Shown one piece after another: positions 13,281 to 31,049 of a stretch of 64,000 nt of DNA. Both the position numbers and the translations under genes were made by a program. The stretch's first letter is position 1, and every line of letters starts with the position of its first letter. The DNA is taken from NCBI RefSeq assembly GCF_009914755.1, contig NC_060925.1, one strand, 5' to 3'. A model generated the notes under the pieces. It had not been told where the DNA came from and ran no database searches. It worked only from the letters and a program-made list of their open reading frames with translations. Origin of the DNA: the human T2T-CHM13v2.0 reference genome, Homo sapiens.

Positions 13281-14029
13281 TATTTTTTTTTTTACTTTTA
13301 AGTTCAAGGGTACATGTGCAGGTTTGTTATATGGGTAAACTTGTGTCATGGGGGTTTGTTGTACACATTAGGGCATCACCTAGGTATTAAGCCCAGTGCC
13401 CATTAGTTATTTTTCCCGATCGTCTCCCTCCTCCTATCCTCCATCCTCTGATAGGCCCCAGTGTGTGGTGTTCCCCTCTGTGTCCATGCGTTCTCATCAT
13501 TTAGCCCTCACTTATGAATGAGAACATGTGGTATTTGGTTTTCTGTCCTTGCATTAGTTTGCTTAGGATAATGGTCTCCAGCTCCATCCATGTTCTTGCA
13601 AAGGTCATGATCTTGTTCTTTTTTATGTCTGTATAGTATTCCATGGTGTATATGTACTACATTTTCTTTATCCAGTCTACCATTGATGGGCATTTAGGTT
13701 GATTCCATGTCTTTGCTATTGTGAATAGTGCTGCAGTGAACATTTGCATGCATGTGTCTTTATGATAGAACAATTCATATTCCTTGGGGTAAATACCCAG
13801 TAATGGGATTGCTGAATCAGATAGTATTTCTGTTTTTAGGTCTTTGAGGAATCATCACACTGTCTTCCACAATGGTTGAGAACTAATTTAGACTCCCACC
13901 AACAGTATATAAATGTTATTTTTCTCTGCATCCTCATCAGCAACTGTTATTTTTTGACTTTTTAGTAATAGCCATTCTGACTGGTGTGAGATAGTACCTC
14001 ATTGTGGCGTTGATTTCCTTTCTCTAGTG
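13281..14029 (-). mobile_element. 5'-truncated L1PA13/14-like element
   Basis: 3' UTR ggtaaacttgtgtcatgggggtttgttgtac plus ORF2 C-terminus; degenerate TSD catgatgtaattt/catgatacgattt. Confidence 0.9.
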
Positions 14030-14104
14030 ACATGATACGATTTTTTAATAAACTAGTTAGTTCCACAGGTTATAGGTTACATATCTCTGTGTGACAGACA
14101 CCTT

Positions 14105-14330
14105 GTTCATTCATCTTTTTTTATTTGCCAATTCAGCAAATACATGATAAACAGCTAATGTTTGCAAGGCAATATGGGCTTAGATAAAGATAAAGGCCAC
14201 AAAAAATAAGCTTTTTTGTAGGAATGAGAAGATGTGCACAAATAACTATGGCACAAATCAGGAAGTGATGCTATATATGTGGGGAGTTTGAACAACTAGT
14301 TGTGGCCTGAAGAATCAGGTCCCAGTGATG
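14105..14330 (-). mobile_element. L2 fragment
   Basis: ttcattcat...attcagcaaatac 3' tail. Confidence 0.5.
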
Positions 14331-16309
14331 ACTGTGTGTGAATATGGGTAGAGGCAAACCCATCACTACTTCTAGAAATACAACTCAAAGGATATGTTGG
14401 GCAATATTCCTCTTTGAAAGGTAGTCCAAAATTCATATGATCATACTTACATTTATGAGTTTGTGTACATAAAACTTTTAAAATGAATTCACCTATTTCT
14501 TACCTATGGAGTAGATTGAATCATGCTTTATTTTTTTTTTCTGTCGAGAATGTGCGTATCGCATCACAGTCTGTCAGTTTCGTATTTATTGGGGGAATGT
14601 TTTCAGATAAATCTTTCCTCACTGACTTGAGAACAAATTTACTTTTTATTTCTTGAACTCCACTTCAACCAAAAAAGTCTCTCATGCTGACTCAGCATAC
14701 AAAGCTACATTTTATACCTGTCAGGCCACATATAGATTTTTATAAGGTGAACAATGGTTGTATTTAAGTACTGATGTAGTAATCTTGAAATCTTCTGGCA
14801 GTATCCTTTGGAAACTGAATCCATAACTTTTATTCATATTAAATGTTTCTAATGGGAGTTGACAAATAGTTGAATGGGATAGCTTTTTCTCTGCACTTGG
14901 CAAAGAGAGAGGGAAGAAAAAGTCCCCATTACACAATGAGAAATGCATTAATGCTCAAGCCCATTCATTCATCTCAATTTTGCACAAAAATAATTTAAAG
15001 CCTTTAACAACTGTTGGTGAAATTACAGTGTGCTGCAGGGAAGTTGCAAAATTTTTATGGACCTAATAAAATTGTCATTGTAATACCATTATAGGGTGCT
15101 GGGACAATATAGATATTTGTAATACTTGTACTCCCATGCCAGACTGAGAAGGGAGGTAGTAAGTTTGATTGGAGACAAATGCTGAACAGGGCTAAAACCC
15201 AAGTCTGTTTGATAATGAAAAGCTCCCTATCATGTTTGATATCAAATGAAATTGGATGGGCAATCAGGCATTTTAACTGGTTGGATTTATAATGGAGCAG
15301 ATAAACATTATCAAGCACAGCCTATAAAATAAGGTATTGTTAAAATGATTATGCATTATCTTTAGATAAATTTCAAAGCAATTTCCAGTTGAGTATTTTC
15401 TGCTTTTTCACCCAATTTTGGCTTCAGAAATATGCCCACTGGCTTTTCTATGCTCTTACTTTTAGCATATAGCCAACAATCTCTTGATGGTCTTTAGTGA
15501 GACTAAAAGCTTTTGAAAAAAATCTCGTAAGAGATTCAGTCACTTTGAAGTACAAGGTCAAAACAAATGAACAGCCTTCCTTTCAGTCAATATCCCTGGT
15601 GATGTAGGGAAAAAGCATATACTCTAAAATGGCTCAACACTGAAATCTTGAGGATGAAAAACAGAATTTGCAGGGTGTGTCCCAAAGGGGAGCTGTGGTC
15701 TTTTCTATGTGACCATATCTTCTGCCTACCCTTGGATTCATGTCGAGATCTGCTAACAGGATCAAGTGAATGAAATATTTAGATTCTCCTAGGACAGTTA
15801 CATACAGCCATGCACTCCAGCTATGAAAGGTTTGGTGCCTACTCTCCTCTCTTACTGGGCCTGGCTGATGAGAACATCATAAACACACCCTTATTACAAC
15901 ACTGGAGTAGTCTTTGTGTTTGAATCCCCAACATCCCATCCTCTCCTCCAAGGAATTACTTTGACCCGAACCTGTTAATTTCATTCCTCTTTGTAGTGGT
16001 TGGTTTAGGGATGGGCTTGTGACCCACTGCTAGCCTTTGCTCTGTGGAGGGGAGTATGCTGGTGTCTCCTGGGAACACTACCTTCTTCTCAGGAAGAGAA
16101 GAAAGATCTCCTTTTTTGTATCTAGGTGTGGCCCATGGAAATACTGTAGACACCTCACTACATCTAAAGATGAAAGCAATACCAGGTAGGAGAGATACTG
16201 AAGACATTAGACAGAGCCTTGATCCTTTGTACCTGGAACTCGTCTTCCTCCTGATGAGTGAGAATCTGAGCTGAGGACAAGCTTGCAGAGCTATGCCATA
16301 TATCGATTC

Positions 16310-16468
16310 CATAACTTTTGGAAAATTCTTAATTTCTCTGAATCTTGGTCACCCCGTTAGTGAATAGACCTAGCTTAGCTGGCTGTTGTGAATTAATATA
16401 TGCAAAGTGCTTAGAAGAGTGGTTGGCATATAGTAGACACTCAATAAATGTTAGCTATTCTTATTATT
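16310..16468 (+). mobile_element. MIR
   Basis: aaagtgcttagaagagtggttggcatatagtagacactcaataaatgttagctatt. Confidence 0.8.
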
Positions 16469-16474
16469 CCTATT

Positions 16475-16760
<286 letters not shown>

Positions 16761-16869
16761 ATTATTACTATTATGTGAAAACATAGCTTTCTTATTGCTC
16801 AAGCCATTTTGAATCCGGTTCTTCTGTTATTTTAAAATATAAATATTTACCAATATTAAATAGCATAAT

Positions 16870-17140
16870 TGACACCTTGGCTTTGCTCAAAGGTCATATT
16901 TTTAGGAATGCCTTCACTGACCAACCTATTTAAAATTATACCCTTCCTCTAGCATTACCTATCTTTTCTCCTAATTTGTTTCTCACCAAAGGACTTACCA
17001 TCATTTTATATATATTTTATTTAGTTATTTGTTGACTCATTGTCCCACCTCCTCCTTGCCTTCCCCCACCATAACCCACAGTGTATAGATGAGTACATGG
17101 TACAGAGTAGACCTTCAATAAACGTTCATTGGTTGAATAA
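16870..17140 (+). mobile_element. L2a 3' fragment
   Basis: gctcaaaggtca...gccttcactgaccaacctatttaaa...tcaataaacgttcattggttgaat. Confidence 0.7.
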
Positions 17141-17377
17141 GTGATGTATCATGCTCTACCTGGTAACACTGTGCAACAAGTAAGGTAGGCAAACCTGTAC
17201 ACCCTTAAGTCACAAGGGTGATAGGCAGGCAGCAAAGACAATGCTACTTCCTCCAGAGGGCAAGTGAAACAATTTAGGTTACTACAGAAATTACTAGACA
17301 AAACAGCTTATTACTTTCCAGATCGTGCCTTTACTCTGATTTTTAAAAATGTTAGCATTTTAAAAGATCAATAGATA

Positions 17378-17734
17378 TTGTATCAGATTGTGGGAGCTGG
17401 CACGTCTGAGGGCTGGACACAGGGACAGGAATTGTTGGAGTCTTGAGGCAGAATATATTTTTCTCTAAGAAACCTCAGTAATTGTTCTTAAGACTCTAAA
17501 CTGATTGGATGAGGTCCACTCACATTATTGAAGGTAGTCTTCACTTAAAGTTAACTATTATTAGGTTATCTGCCATGACTTTCAATGGCAAAAACCGCAA
17601 TTACTTTCGCACCAACCTATAATTGTAGCTGTTCTATCTACAAAATACTTTCATGGCAGCACCTACATTAGCATTTGATTAGGTAACTCTAAGCTATTCT
17701 CTAGCCAAATTGATACATAAAACTAACCATCACA
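17378..17734 (-). mobile_element. MLT2 (ERVL LTR) fragment
   Basis: aactgattggatgaggtccactcacattattgaagg; ends ctagccaaattgatacataaaactaaccatcaca (LTR 5' end reversed). Confidence 0.85.
17561..17619. mobile_element. MADE1 mariner MITE with a deletion in one arm
   Basis: ttaggtt...tgccatgactttcaatggcaaaaaccgcaattactttcgcaccaaccta, flanked by TA on both sides. Confidence 0.9.
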
Positions 17735-18149
17735 AATATAATAAGAGTAAAATACATTAAAGTTCTGTAGCTGATTTAACAAAGGGCTCTTCAAATACTC
17801 TTCATTGGTATTAAAGATTAAACGACACAAAACAAATTCACAAAATCTTTTGATATATAGTACACATTAAATCAGCTGATTCATGAGCCAGACTCATTCG
17901 GATTCTTATAATGCAATAATGGCTTTTCTCATGGTAGTATTCTAGCTAGGCTTTCAATCATGACATGAAATTCAGTACAAAAATACTTTTTGAACTAGGA
18001 GTCATTCATTCTCACAAGGGTTTTTGGAGCTGGCGAATGAGTAAATGCATGAGTGAGCATTCTTGTCGAGTGGTCTTATTTAAGTGTATTGTCTAGAGGT
18101 GCCTGGTTTAGAGTCTGATTGTCAATACAAACACTTGTAAAGATAAATT

Positions 18150-18255
18150 ATTATTGGAGTTAAAATATATTGAGGTCTTACTATGTTCTTGGAAATGCTA
18201 AACACCTTATACGATAATCTCATTTAATCTCTACTGCAATCCTATGAGGTAGGAG
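18150..18255 (-). mobile_element. MIR fragment
   Basis: atctcatttaatctc...atcctatgaggtagg. Confidence 0.75.
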
Positions 18256-19269
18256 CAATGTTTGCCTTCATTTTATTGTTTAGTCCCTTGGACTATAAAG
18301 TCCTTAACATCATGAATCATCTCTGCTACTTCCATTGTCTCACTTCTCACACTCTGGTTCAGAGCTTCATTCCAGTTGGGTCTAAAGCAGAGCTGATTAT
18401 TAGACAGGCCAAGTTCATTAAAAGTCTTGCTTTTAAAAGAGGCCTGAGAGGGCTCACTTTAGCTATCCAAGGAGTAATAAACCTGTGTCTTTTCAACTGA
18501 ACCTTTAATTGTGATGCTGCCAAAACCAAAGTACCTTGGGTTGGAAATCTGAATGGTGACACACTTTGATCAAAAGTGGATCTATTATTTGTGCCACACA
18601 AGTTTTGAGTTTAGGGTTCATTTCAATGTTCCCTTCAATTCAGAAAAGCATAATTTCATTTTAAGGGAAAAGAAAACAATTGCTTTAATAAAAATCTTTA
18701 TGAACAAGGTTCAGAGCGTTTCTTGGACAACAAATGACTGTTACAGAGCAACATTGTGGTGAGTTAAGTGTAAATGGTTCAGAAACATGCAGATTAAATT
18801 TCCCTGAAAACACTCAAGGGCTTCCAAAATTAATGGAGGGAAAATACTTGGACAACATATATTTCAGACTTTATAGTTTTTTTTTTCTTTTTCACTCTGT
18901 TGATTTTATTTTCCCCTACAACACTTCCTAGGGTGACTTCATCTCTTGTGGTAAGGATGCTGTCAGACCAAGTTATCATTAATTCTGATGCATTCTAGGT
19001 GGCCCAAACTGGGTATCAGCTGTATTCCCTCCCTTACAGAGTTAGCTTTTTCTTTCTATTATTTGTTTTTCAATATAGGAAAGGTATAAAAATAAAAGCA
19101 CAATTCAAAGTCTGTGGAAAGCTTTTAGGCCTTGTGAAAGTCCACCATCATGACACTTGAGAGATAAATGTGTGAGGTTCTTGTATGTTGAAGACTGATA
19201 AATCTTCTGTGCTTTAACTTAGAAAATATCTCAATGGATATAGATGTGGTAGGGGGATTCATAAATCAA

Positions 19270-19545
19270 GATTTGAAGATTCTTAGAAGGGACTTTTGAA
19301 AGGCCCTCTAGCCCATTCCCAAGCCTCAGAAATGTCTCAATAGAAAGCATGACAGAAAAATAATTATAGTCCTATTTCTTAAATGTTGCCTTAGATAAAT
19401 TTTCTTCAACAGGCGTTAGAAAAATATTCCTATGTTCTCTGCCTTGTGGAGGTTCTCATAAAACTAACCAAATTCCATTTTGTAGGGATTTAAGCTTATT
19501 TTCCTTCTTTCTGTGTTTGGAGGAGGCAAATTCTGGGACACTAGT
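19270..19545 (-). mobile_element. Possible L3/CR1-type fragment
   Basis: Weak resemblance only (gaagggacttttgaaaggccctctagccca; ctaaccaaattcc...tttaagc). Confidence 0.3.
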
Positions 19546-19834
19546 AACCGTGCCTTTTCTTATTTGGACCTTGCACTACCTTGGTCAGTGAAGTATGTCA
19601 GACATTTCTTTCTTTTCAAATATGGAAATGCTGACAATGCTCATTTTGGGATTCCGCTATGTCTCCAAGCAATATGGTCTCCAATGTTACTGAAGTACTG
19701 TAATAAATCCTTTCAATTTCAGGACATTATGTGATAGGGAAAGCAATTCACCTCATTGAATGAGTGCAAAAGCAGTAGAAAATATGGTAGCTGTCTCCTA
19801 GAACTTAAAGCTTACTTGGGGTTAAAATTTACAT

Positions 19835-22800
19835 ACATGGCTGAGTGAGGAGGTCAGCAAACTCTCTTCCCAAATTAACTACACACCTAGATAAAATGGA
19901 TTAAAAATCTGTTTCTAGGACTCAAACAAAAGCATAAAAGAATCAGAGAATCCTTCATGCTTAAAAACCTTCAAATAAGAAGTTTAAGTAAGAACAATGG
20001 GAGCCAGTGATGTTCTTGCGTGGACCTGCTCCATTCCACCCCACCCACCCTCCAGCTCAGTCTGCAAGGAGGGTCTGGAAGGGCCAGGTGGGCCAGGAAA
20101 ATGTGCAGCTTCACTGCCACAGCTGAAGGGGTATCACTTGATGTGGAATGGTGAGCAATGCCTACACCAAGCATGGCAAAAGTGACAATATAGGCAGTGG
20201 GAGGGCCTACATCTCTACTAGCCTAAAGGAACTATCATGGTGATAGAAGGCAATAAGTATAGCACTGCAGGGTTAGGTTTAGAACATATTCAGATGTAAT
20301 ATATATGGCAATTAAAGTACAAAGAGAGAAGGAGAGAAGCTTTATTAAATTTTCTATATTTTACCAGAATTAAGTTAGTATTAATTTATGAAGTTTGTGT
20401 TATAAATTATTATGTATATGTTAATCCTCAGATCAGATCGGCCACTAATACAATTATAACAAAAAAAAATCAAAAGAGGAATTAAAATGGTACATTTTTT
20501 AACACCAAAGTAATTAAAAGCAACAGAGGGCTAAAAATATAGGAGACATATAGAAAACAAAAAGCAGAGTGGCAAATATAAATCCAACTATATCAATAAT
20601 TTTATTAATGTGAAAAGCCTAAACACCTTGATCAAAAGGCAATGACTGTCAGAATGGATCGAAAAGCAACATCCAACTGTATTTTAACTATAAGGAATAC
20701 ACTTTAGATTCAAAGACAAAAATAGGTTAGAAGCAAAGGATGGAAAACGATATACCAGGCATAAAAAAGAGCTGCAGTGGTCATACTAACATCAGACAAA
20801 ATTGAATTTAACATAAGATATATCACTGGAGACACAGAAGGTCATTTTATAATGCTAGAAGTGTCAATACATCAGGAAAATATAACAATTATAAATATAT
20901 ACACCTAACAACAGAATTTCAAAATAAAGAAAGCAAAACCAGCCAGAATTGAAAGGGAAAATGATAATTTTACAATAACAATTGAAGATTTCAATACTAT
21001 GCTTTTAAAAATCAATAGAACAACCAGACAAAAGTTTATCAAACATATAGGAGACTTGTCCTACACTTTTAGCCAACCCAACCTCTGTTTTAAAAGAACA
21101 GTCTACCCACTGATAGCAGAATATACATCTTTTCAAGCAGATGACATATACTGAATGTGGACATTCCCATGAAATTCACAGAAAATACTAGAATTAATAT
21201 AGGAGTTATCAGTATACAAAATTAATTGTATTTCTATACGGTAGCAATAAATTATATGAAATAAGATCAATAAAATATTTGATTTCTAATAGTATCAAAA
21301 ATTTAATATGAGTAAGATGGTGCCTTAGTCCTTTAGTGTTTCTATGAAGGAATACCTGAGGCTGGATAATTTCTAAAGAAAAGAGGTTTATTTGTCTCAT
21401 TATTCTGCTGGCTGGAAGATTAGGCAGCTGATAAAATCTTTAAGCTGCTTCCACTCATGGCAGAAGGGAAAAGGGAGCCAGTGTGTGCAGAGATCACATG
21501 TCAAGAGAGGAAGCAATAGAGAATGTGGGGAGGTGCCAGGCTCTTTTTAACAGCCAGTTAGCTCTTGTGGGAACTAATAAAGTGAGAACTTCCTCATAAC
21601 TGCAAGGACAGCACCAAGCCATTCATGAAGAATCTGCCTCCATGACACAAACACCTCCTATTAGGCCCCATCACCAACATTAAGTATCACATTTCAGCAT
21701 GAGGTTTGGCGGGGGGGACAAATATTCAACTACAGCAGATGATAGTTCACCCCCAATTAGTACAATAAAATCAATGCAATCCCTATCAAAATATCAGCAG
21801 GCATTTTTGTACAAATTGATAACATTTTTCTAAAATTTACATAAAAATGCAAAGGATATGGAGAGCCAAAAGAACTTTTGAAAAAGAACAAAGTTGGAGG
21901 ATTACTTTACCTGATTTCAAAATTTACTATAACATAAAAGTAGAAAACACAATGTGGTGAAATATAAAACTATTGTAAAAGAATATACACTTCAATAGAT
22001 AAATGGCACAGAATCGAGAGTTTAGAAACCAAACATTTCGTTAAAGGATGAGTGATTTTCAACAAATATGGCAAGACAATCAATGGGGATAGAATAGTGT
22101 CTTCAACAATGGTGCTGGAACAATTGTATGCTCATGTGAAAAAAAAACTGAACTTAGAGCTATACCTCACACCATACATAACAGTTGAATCAAAATGCAA
22201 TCAAAATACTGTATTTGCATTTTATTGACCAAACTGCAAAAGTTTGGTCAATAAAATAAAACTATACAAATTCTTGAAGAAAATAAATGCAAAAAATAAA
22301 ACTATACAAATTCTTGAAGAAAATGATTGAAAAAAGTCTTTGTGATCTTGAGTAGATGAAAAGTTCCTAATGAATGACCCCAAAAACATGGTGCATAAAA
22401 AAACAGACAAATTGAACCTTATCAAAATGTAAAATGTTTGTGTTACAAAAAATATCACTAAGCCAATGGAAAAACAAGTTCTTCATAGGGAGAAAACATT
22501 TGCCAGTCATATTTTTGATAAAGAACTTGTATCTAGACTATATAAAGAGTTTTATACTCAAAAATAAAATTTAAATGAGCAAAAGATTTGAGTAGACACT
22601 TTACTAAAGAGAATATTCAAATTGCCAATCATGGTGCATAAAATAGATTTAACTATGTGAGTTGTAAGGGAAATGCAAATTAAAATCATAATGATATACC
22701 TCTATACACTCATTAAAGTGGCTATAAACACAAAGACAATTCCAAGTGTTGATAATCAAGTGGAGAACCTGGAATCATCATGCAAATTTGTTGGAAATAT

Positions 22801-23395
22801 CAAGTGGTACAGACACTTTGGAAAACAGTGTGGCAGTTTCTTAAAAAGTTAGTAACAAATATATATGACTCAGCAATTTTACTGCTAGGAATCTCTTTTA
22901 GAAAATAAAAACACATGTCCACACAAAGTTATGTACATGAATGTTCACAGCCAAAAAATGGAAACAATCCAAATGTCTATCAAGCAGTAAATAGATTTTT
23001 TAAAAATGGTATATCCATGTAATGGAGTACTACTCTGCAATAAAAAGGAAAAAACCCTACTGATTTATGCTACAACATGGATGAACCTCACAAATATTAT
23101 GCTGACTGAAAGAAGCCATATGTAAATAACTACATATTGTATGCTTCCATATATATGAAATCTTCAGAAAAGGTAAATTTATAGAGACAGGAAGCAGACC
23201 AGTAACTGCTTGGGCCCTGAGGATGGTGGTGGGAATGAACTGAGAATGAGCATGAGTGTACTTTTTGGAGGTTGGGAGATGTTATAAAACTAGATTGTGG
23301 TGCTTATTGCACACCTCTATAAATCCGATTTAAAAATCATTGAATATTACACTTACATGAATTAGGTACTTAAATCTAACAAAGATGTTAAAGAA
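19835..23395 (+). mobile_element. Internally deleted old L1 (L1MB8/ME1-like 3' end), interrupted by an MST LTR
   Basis: 5' end-like sequence at 19835; ORF2 endonuclease region from about 20570; ORF2 C-terminus; 3' UTR ctagattgtggtg...ttgcaca...aaaatcattgaat. Confidence 0.85.
21321..21737 (-). mobile_element. MSTB1-like MaLR solo LTR
   Basis: TG...CA ends; aaggaatacctgaggctgg...gcaccaagccattcatga; TSD GATGG/GATGA. Confidence 0.9.
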
Positions 23396-23399
23396 AAAG

Positions 23400-25300
23400 G
23401 CTTATTGCTTATTGTATATATGCCATTTAGCAGGCACTGCACTAGGCAGTGGTGACAGAGGGAGATAAAGTCAGACAAAGAAGACCTGCCATCCTGGAGC
23501 TTACAATTTGCAATAATCAATATAGGATTTTGAGCAGGCTGACACTATCTGCTTGTGAAGTTTTAGAAACAAACAAACCATGTTAAAAATACTATATTGC
23601 TCCCCCTCAAAGTTCTGCTTTCACGTAATTTACATTTATTGTAGGGGATTTGGAGGAGATGAAAAATGAGAATATAAAAACATGAATAAATACATTTTAG
23701 GATGTGATAAGTACCGTTAATAAAAATAAATCTGAGATATAAAGAACTCCTAAAACTCAGCAACCAAAAAACCAACTCGAAAATGGGCCAAGAAGTTGAA
23801 TAGATATTTCTCCAAATAACATATACAAATGGCAAAAATTGTATTAAAAGATGCTCAGTATCACTAATCTTTAGGGAACTGCAAATAAAAACTACAATGA
23901 GATACATTTTACACCCATTAGAATGGTTACCATCACACACACACACAAACAGAGAACAAGTGTTTGTGAAGATATGGATTAACTGGAAACTTTTGTGCAC
24001 TGTTGGTAGGAGTGTAAAATGGTACAGCCATTGGGGAAATAGTATGATGGTTTCTCAAAATATTAAATAGAGAATACCCCTGTGATCCAGAAATTCTATT
24101 TCTGGATGCTTAAAAGAATTGAAACCAGGATCTTGAAGCAATACTTGTAAACTCATGTTCATGACAGCATCATTCATTATAGCTAAAACATGGAAGTAAC
24201 CAAGTGTCCATCAATGGATAAATGCATTAAGCAAAATGTGGTATATATATATACAATGGGTTTTTAGTATTATAAAGGAAAAAATTCTGACATATTCTTT
24301 AAAATTTCTGACACATTCGGGATGAACTTTGCAGATATGCTAAGTGAAAAAACGCTAGTCACAAGTGGACAAATATTGTATTATTCCACTTAGGTACTTA
24401 GAGTAGTCAAAATCATAGGGACAAAAAATCGAATGGTAGTTGCCAGGGGCTGGGGGAAAGGGGTAATGGAAACTTATTGTATAATAGACATTGAATTTCT
24501 GTTTTACAAGATGAAAAGAGATCAATGGTGGTGATGCTTATACAGCATTATGAATGTACTTAATTATGAATATATTTAATACATATAATTAATATAGTTA
24601 AAATGGTTAAGATGGTACATTTTATATTATGCTTATTTTATCACAGTAAAAACATTGAAAAAAATTAGAGAAAATAAAGAGTTGTGGAGCCAGAGGGAAG
24701 AGGGTGTGGTGTTTAAATATGATGGTAATGGAAGACCTCCTTGATAAGGTTCCTGGAGGAACGAATAGAAAGCCATGCAGATGTCTGACTAAAGAACATT
24801 CCAGGCAGAGGAAACTGAGTTAGGGCATGCATGACCTCTCTGAGGACTGGCAAGGCGGCCAACGTAGTTGGAACAGAGTAGCTGAGCAGAAAGTGGAGAT
24901 GAAGTCAGAGAGGGAACTGGGGCCAGATCATTTAGAGCCTTGAAACATTTTGTATGACTTTAGATTTTATTATGAGTGAGCTTAGGGGCAATGGGAAGGT
25001 TTTGAACAGAAAAAGGAAATAATCTAACATGTTCTAATAGTTCATTCTGGCAACTGGTAGAGAACAAACTAGACTGCGAGGTTGGAAGTAGGGAGAATAG
25101 TTCAGAAGCTATTGCAATCATCCAGGAGAGAGATGCTGGTAGCTCACATCAGGGTAGCAGCAGCCTACATGACAAGAAGTAGCCCAGGAGATATTACCAC
25201 TATAGAACCAACAGGATTTGCTGATGTGTTGGATGGCAGGTGGGAGAAAGAAGTGAATCAAGGATGACCCCAAGGTTTCTGATTGGAGCAACTGGACTAG
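23400..25300 (-). mobile_element. L2a split by an L1MB insertion
   Basis: L2 text at 23400-23730 and 24680-25300 (aagaacattccaggcagagg; ggggccagatc; tcaaggatgaccccaaggttt). Confidence 0.8.
23731..24665 (+). mobile_element. 5'-truncated L1MB1/2-like element
   Basis: ORF2 C-terminus plus 3' UTR agagtagtcaaaatcatag...ggtagttgccaggggctggg...aaaatggttaagatggta. Confidence 0.85.
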
Positions 25301-25534
25301 ATTATGAAGCAAATGTCTTTTTTTTATTATTATACTTTAAGTTCTAGGGTACATGTGCACAACGTGCAGGTTTGTTACATATATATACATGTGCCATATT
25401 GGTGTGCTGCACCCATTAACTCATCATTTACAATAGGTATTTCTCCTAATGCTATCCCTCCCCCCTGACCCCTCACCCCATGATAGGCCCCAGTGTGTGA
25501 TGTTCCCCACCCTGTGTCCAAGTGTTCTCATTGT

Positions 25535-29389
<3,855 letters not shown>

Positions 29390-29452
29390 GATGATGTTAG
29401 CTGGTTATTTTGCTTGTTAGTTGATGCAGTTTCTTCCTAGCATCGATGGTCT

Positions 29453-30477
29453 TTACAATTTGGCATGTTTTTGCAGTGGCTGGTACCGGTTGTTCCTTTC
29501 CATGTTTAGTGCTTCCTTCAGGAGCTCTTGTAAGGCAGGCCTGGTGGTGACAAAATCTCTCAGCATTTGCTTGTCTGTAAAGGATTTTATTTCTTCTTCA
29601 CTTATGAAGCTTAGTTTGACTGGATATGAAATTCTGGGCTGAAAATTATTTTCTTTAAGAATGTTGAATATTGGCCCCCACTCTCTTCTGGCTTGTAGAA
29701 TTTCTGGTGAGAGATCCGCTGTTAGTCTGATGGGCTTCCCTTTGTGGGTAACCCGACTTTCTCTCTGGCTGCCCTTAACATTTTTTCCTACATTTCAACC
29801 TTGGTGAATCTGACGATTATGTGTCTTTGGATTGCTCTTCTAGAGGAGTATCTTTGTGGCATTCTCTGTATTTCCTGAATTTGAATGTTAGCCTGCTTTG
29901 CTAGGTTGGGGAAGTTCTCCTGGATAATATCCTGCAGAGTGTTTTCCAACTTGGTTCCATTCTCCCCATCACTTTCAGGTACACAAATCAGACGTAGATT
30001 TAGTCTTTTCACATAGTCCCATATTTCTTGGGGCTTTGTTCATTTCTTTTTACTCTTTTTTCCCTAAACTTCTCTTCTCGCCTCTTTTCATTCATTTGAT
30101 CTTCAATCACTGATACCCTTTCTTCCACTTGATCAAATCAGCTACTGAAGTTTGTGCATTCGTCACGTAGTTCTTGTGCCATGGTTCTCAGCTCCATCAG
30201 GTCATTTAAGGTCTTCTCTACACTGTTTATTCTAGTTAGCCATTCGTCTAATCTTTTTTTCAAGGTTTTTAGCTTATTTGCAATGGGTTTCAACATCCTC
30301 CTTTAGCTCGGAGAAGTTTGTTATTACCGATCTTCTGAAGCCTACTTCTGTCAACTTGTCAACGTCATTCTCCATCCAGCTTTGTTCTGTTGCTGGCGAG
30401 GAACTGCGTTCCTTTGGAGGAGAAGAGGTGCTCTGGTTTTTAGAATTTTCAGCTTTTCTGCTCTGGTTTCTCCCCGT
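29453..30477 (-). pseudogene. L1 ORF1 remnant
   Basis: NLRLICVPESDGENGTKLENTLQDIIQENFPNL; start codon mutated to ACG at 30477-30475; frame disrupted. Confidence 0.9.
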
Positions 30478-31049
30478 CTTTGTGGTTTTATCTACCTTTG
30501 GTCTTTGATGATGGTGACCTACTGATGGGGTTTTGGTGTGGATATCCTTTTTGTTGATGTTGATGCTATTCTTTCTGTTTGTTAGTTTTCCTTCTAACAG
30601 TCAGGACCCTCAGCTGCAGGTCTGTTGGAGTTTGCTGGAGGTCCACTGTAGACCCTGTTTGCCTGGGTGTCACCAGCGGAGGCTGCAGAACAGCAAATGT
30701 TGCTACCTGATCCTTCCCCTGGAAGCCCGGGCACCCGGCTGTATGAGATGTCAGTCACCCCCTACTGGGAGGTGTCTCCCAATTAGGCTACTCGGGGGTC
30801 AGGGACCCACTTGCGGAGGCAGTCTGTCCGTTCTCAGACCTCAAACTCCATGCTGGGAGAACCACTACTCTCTTCAAAGTTGTCAGACAGGGACGTTTAA
30901 GTCTGCAGAAGTTTCTGCTGCCATTTGTTCAGCTATACCCTGCCCCCAGAGGTGGAGTTTACAGAGGCAGGCAGGCCTTGTTGAACTGTGGTGGGCTCCA
31001 CCCAGTTCGAGCTTCCTGGCTGCTTTGTTTACTTACTCAAGCCTCAGCA

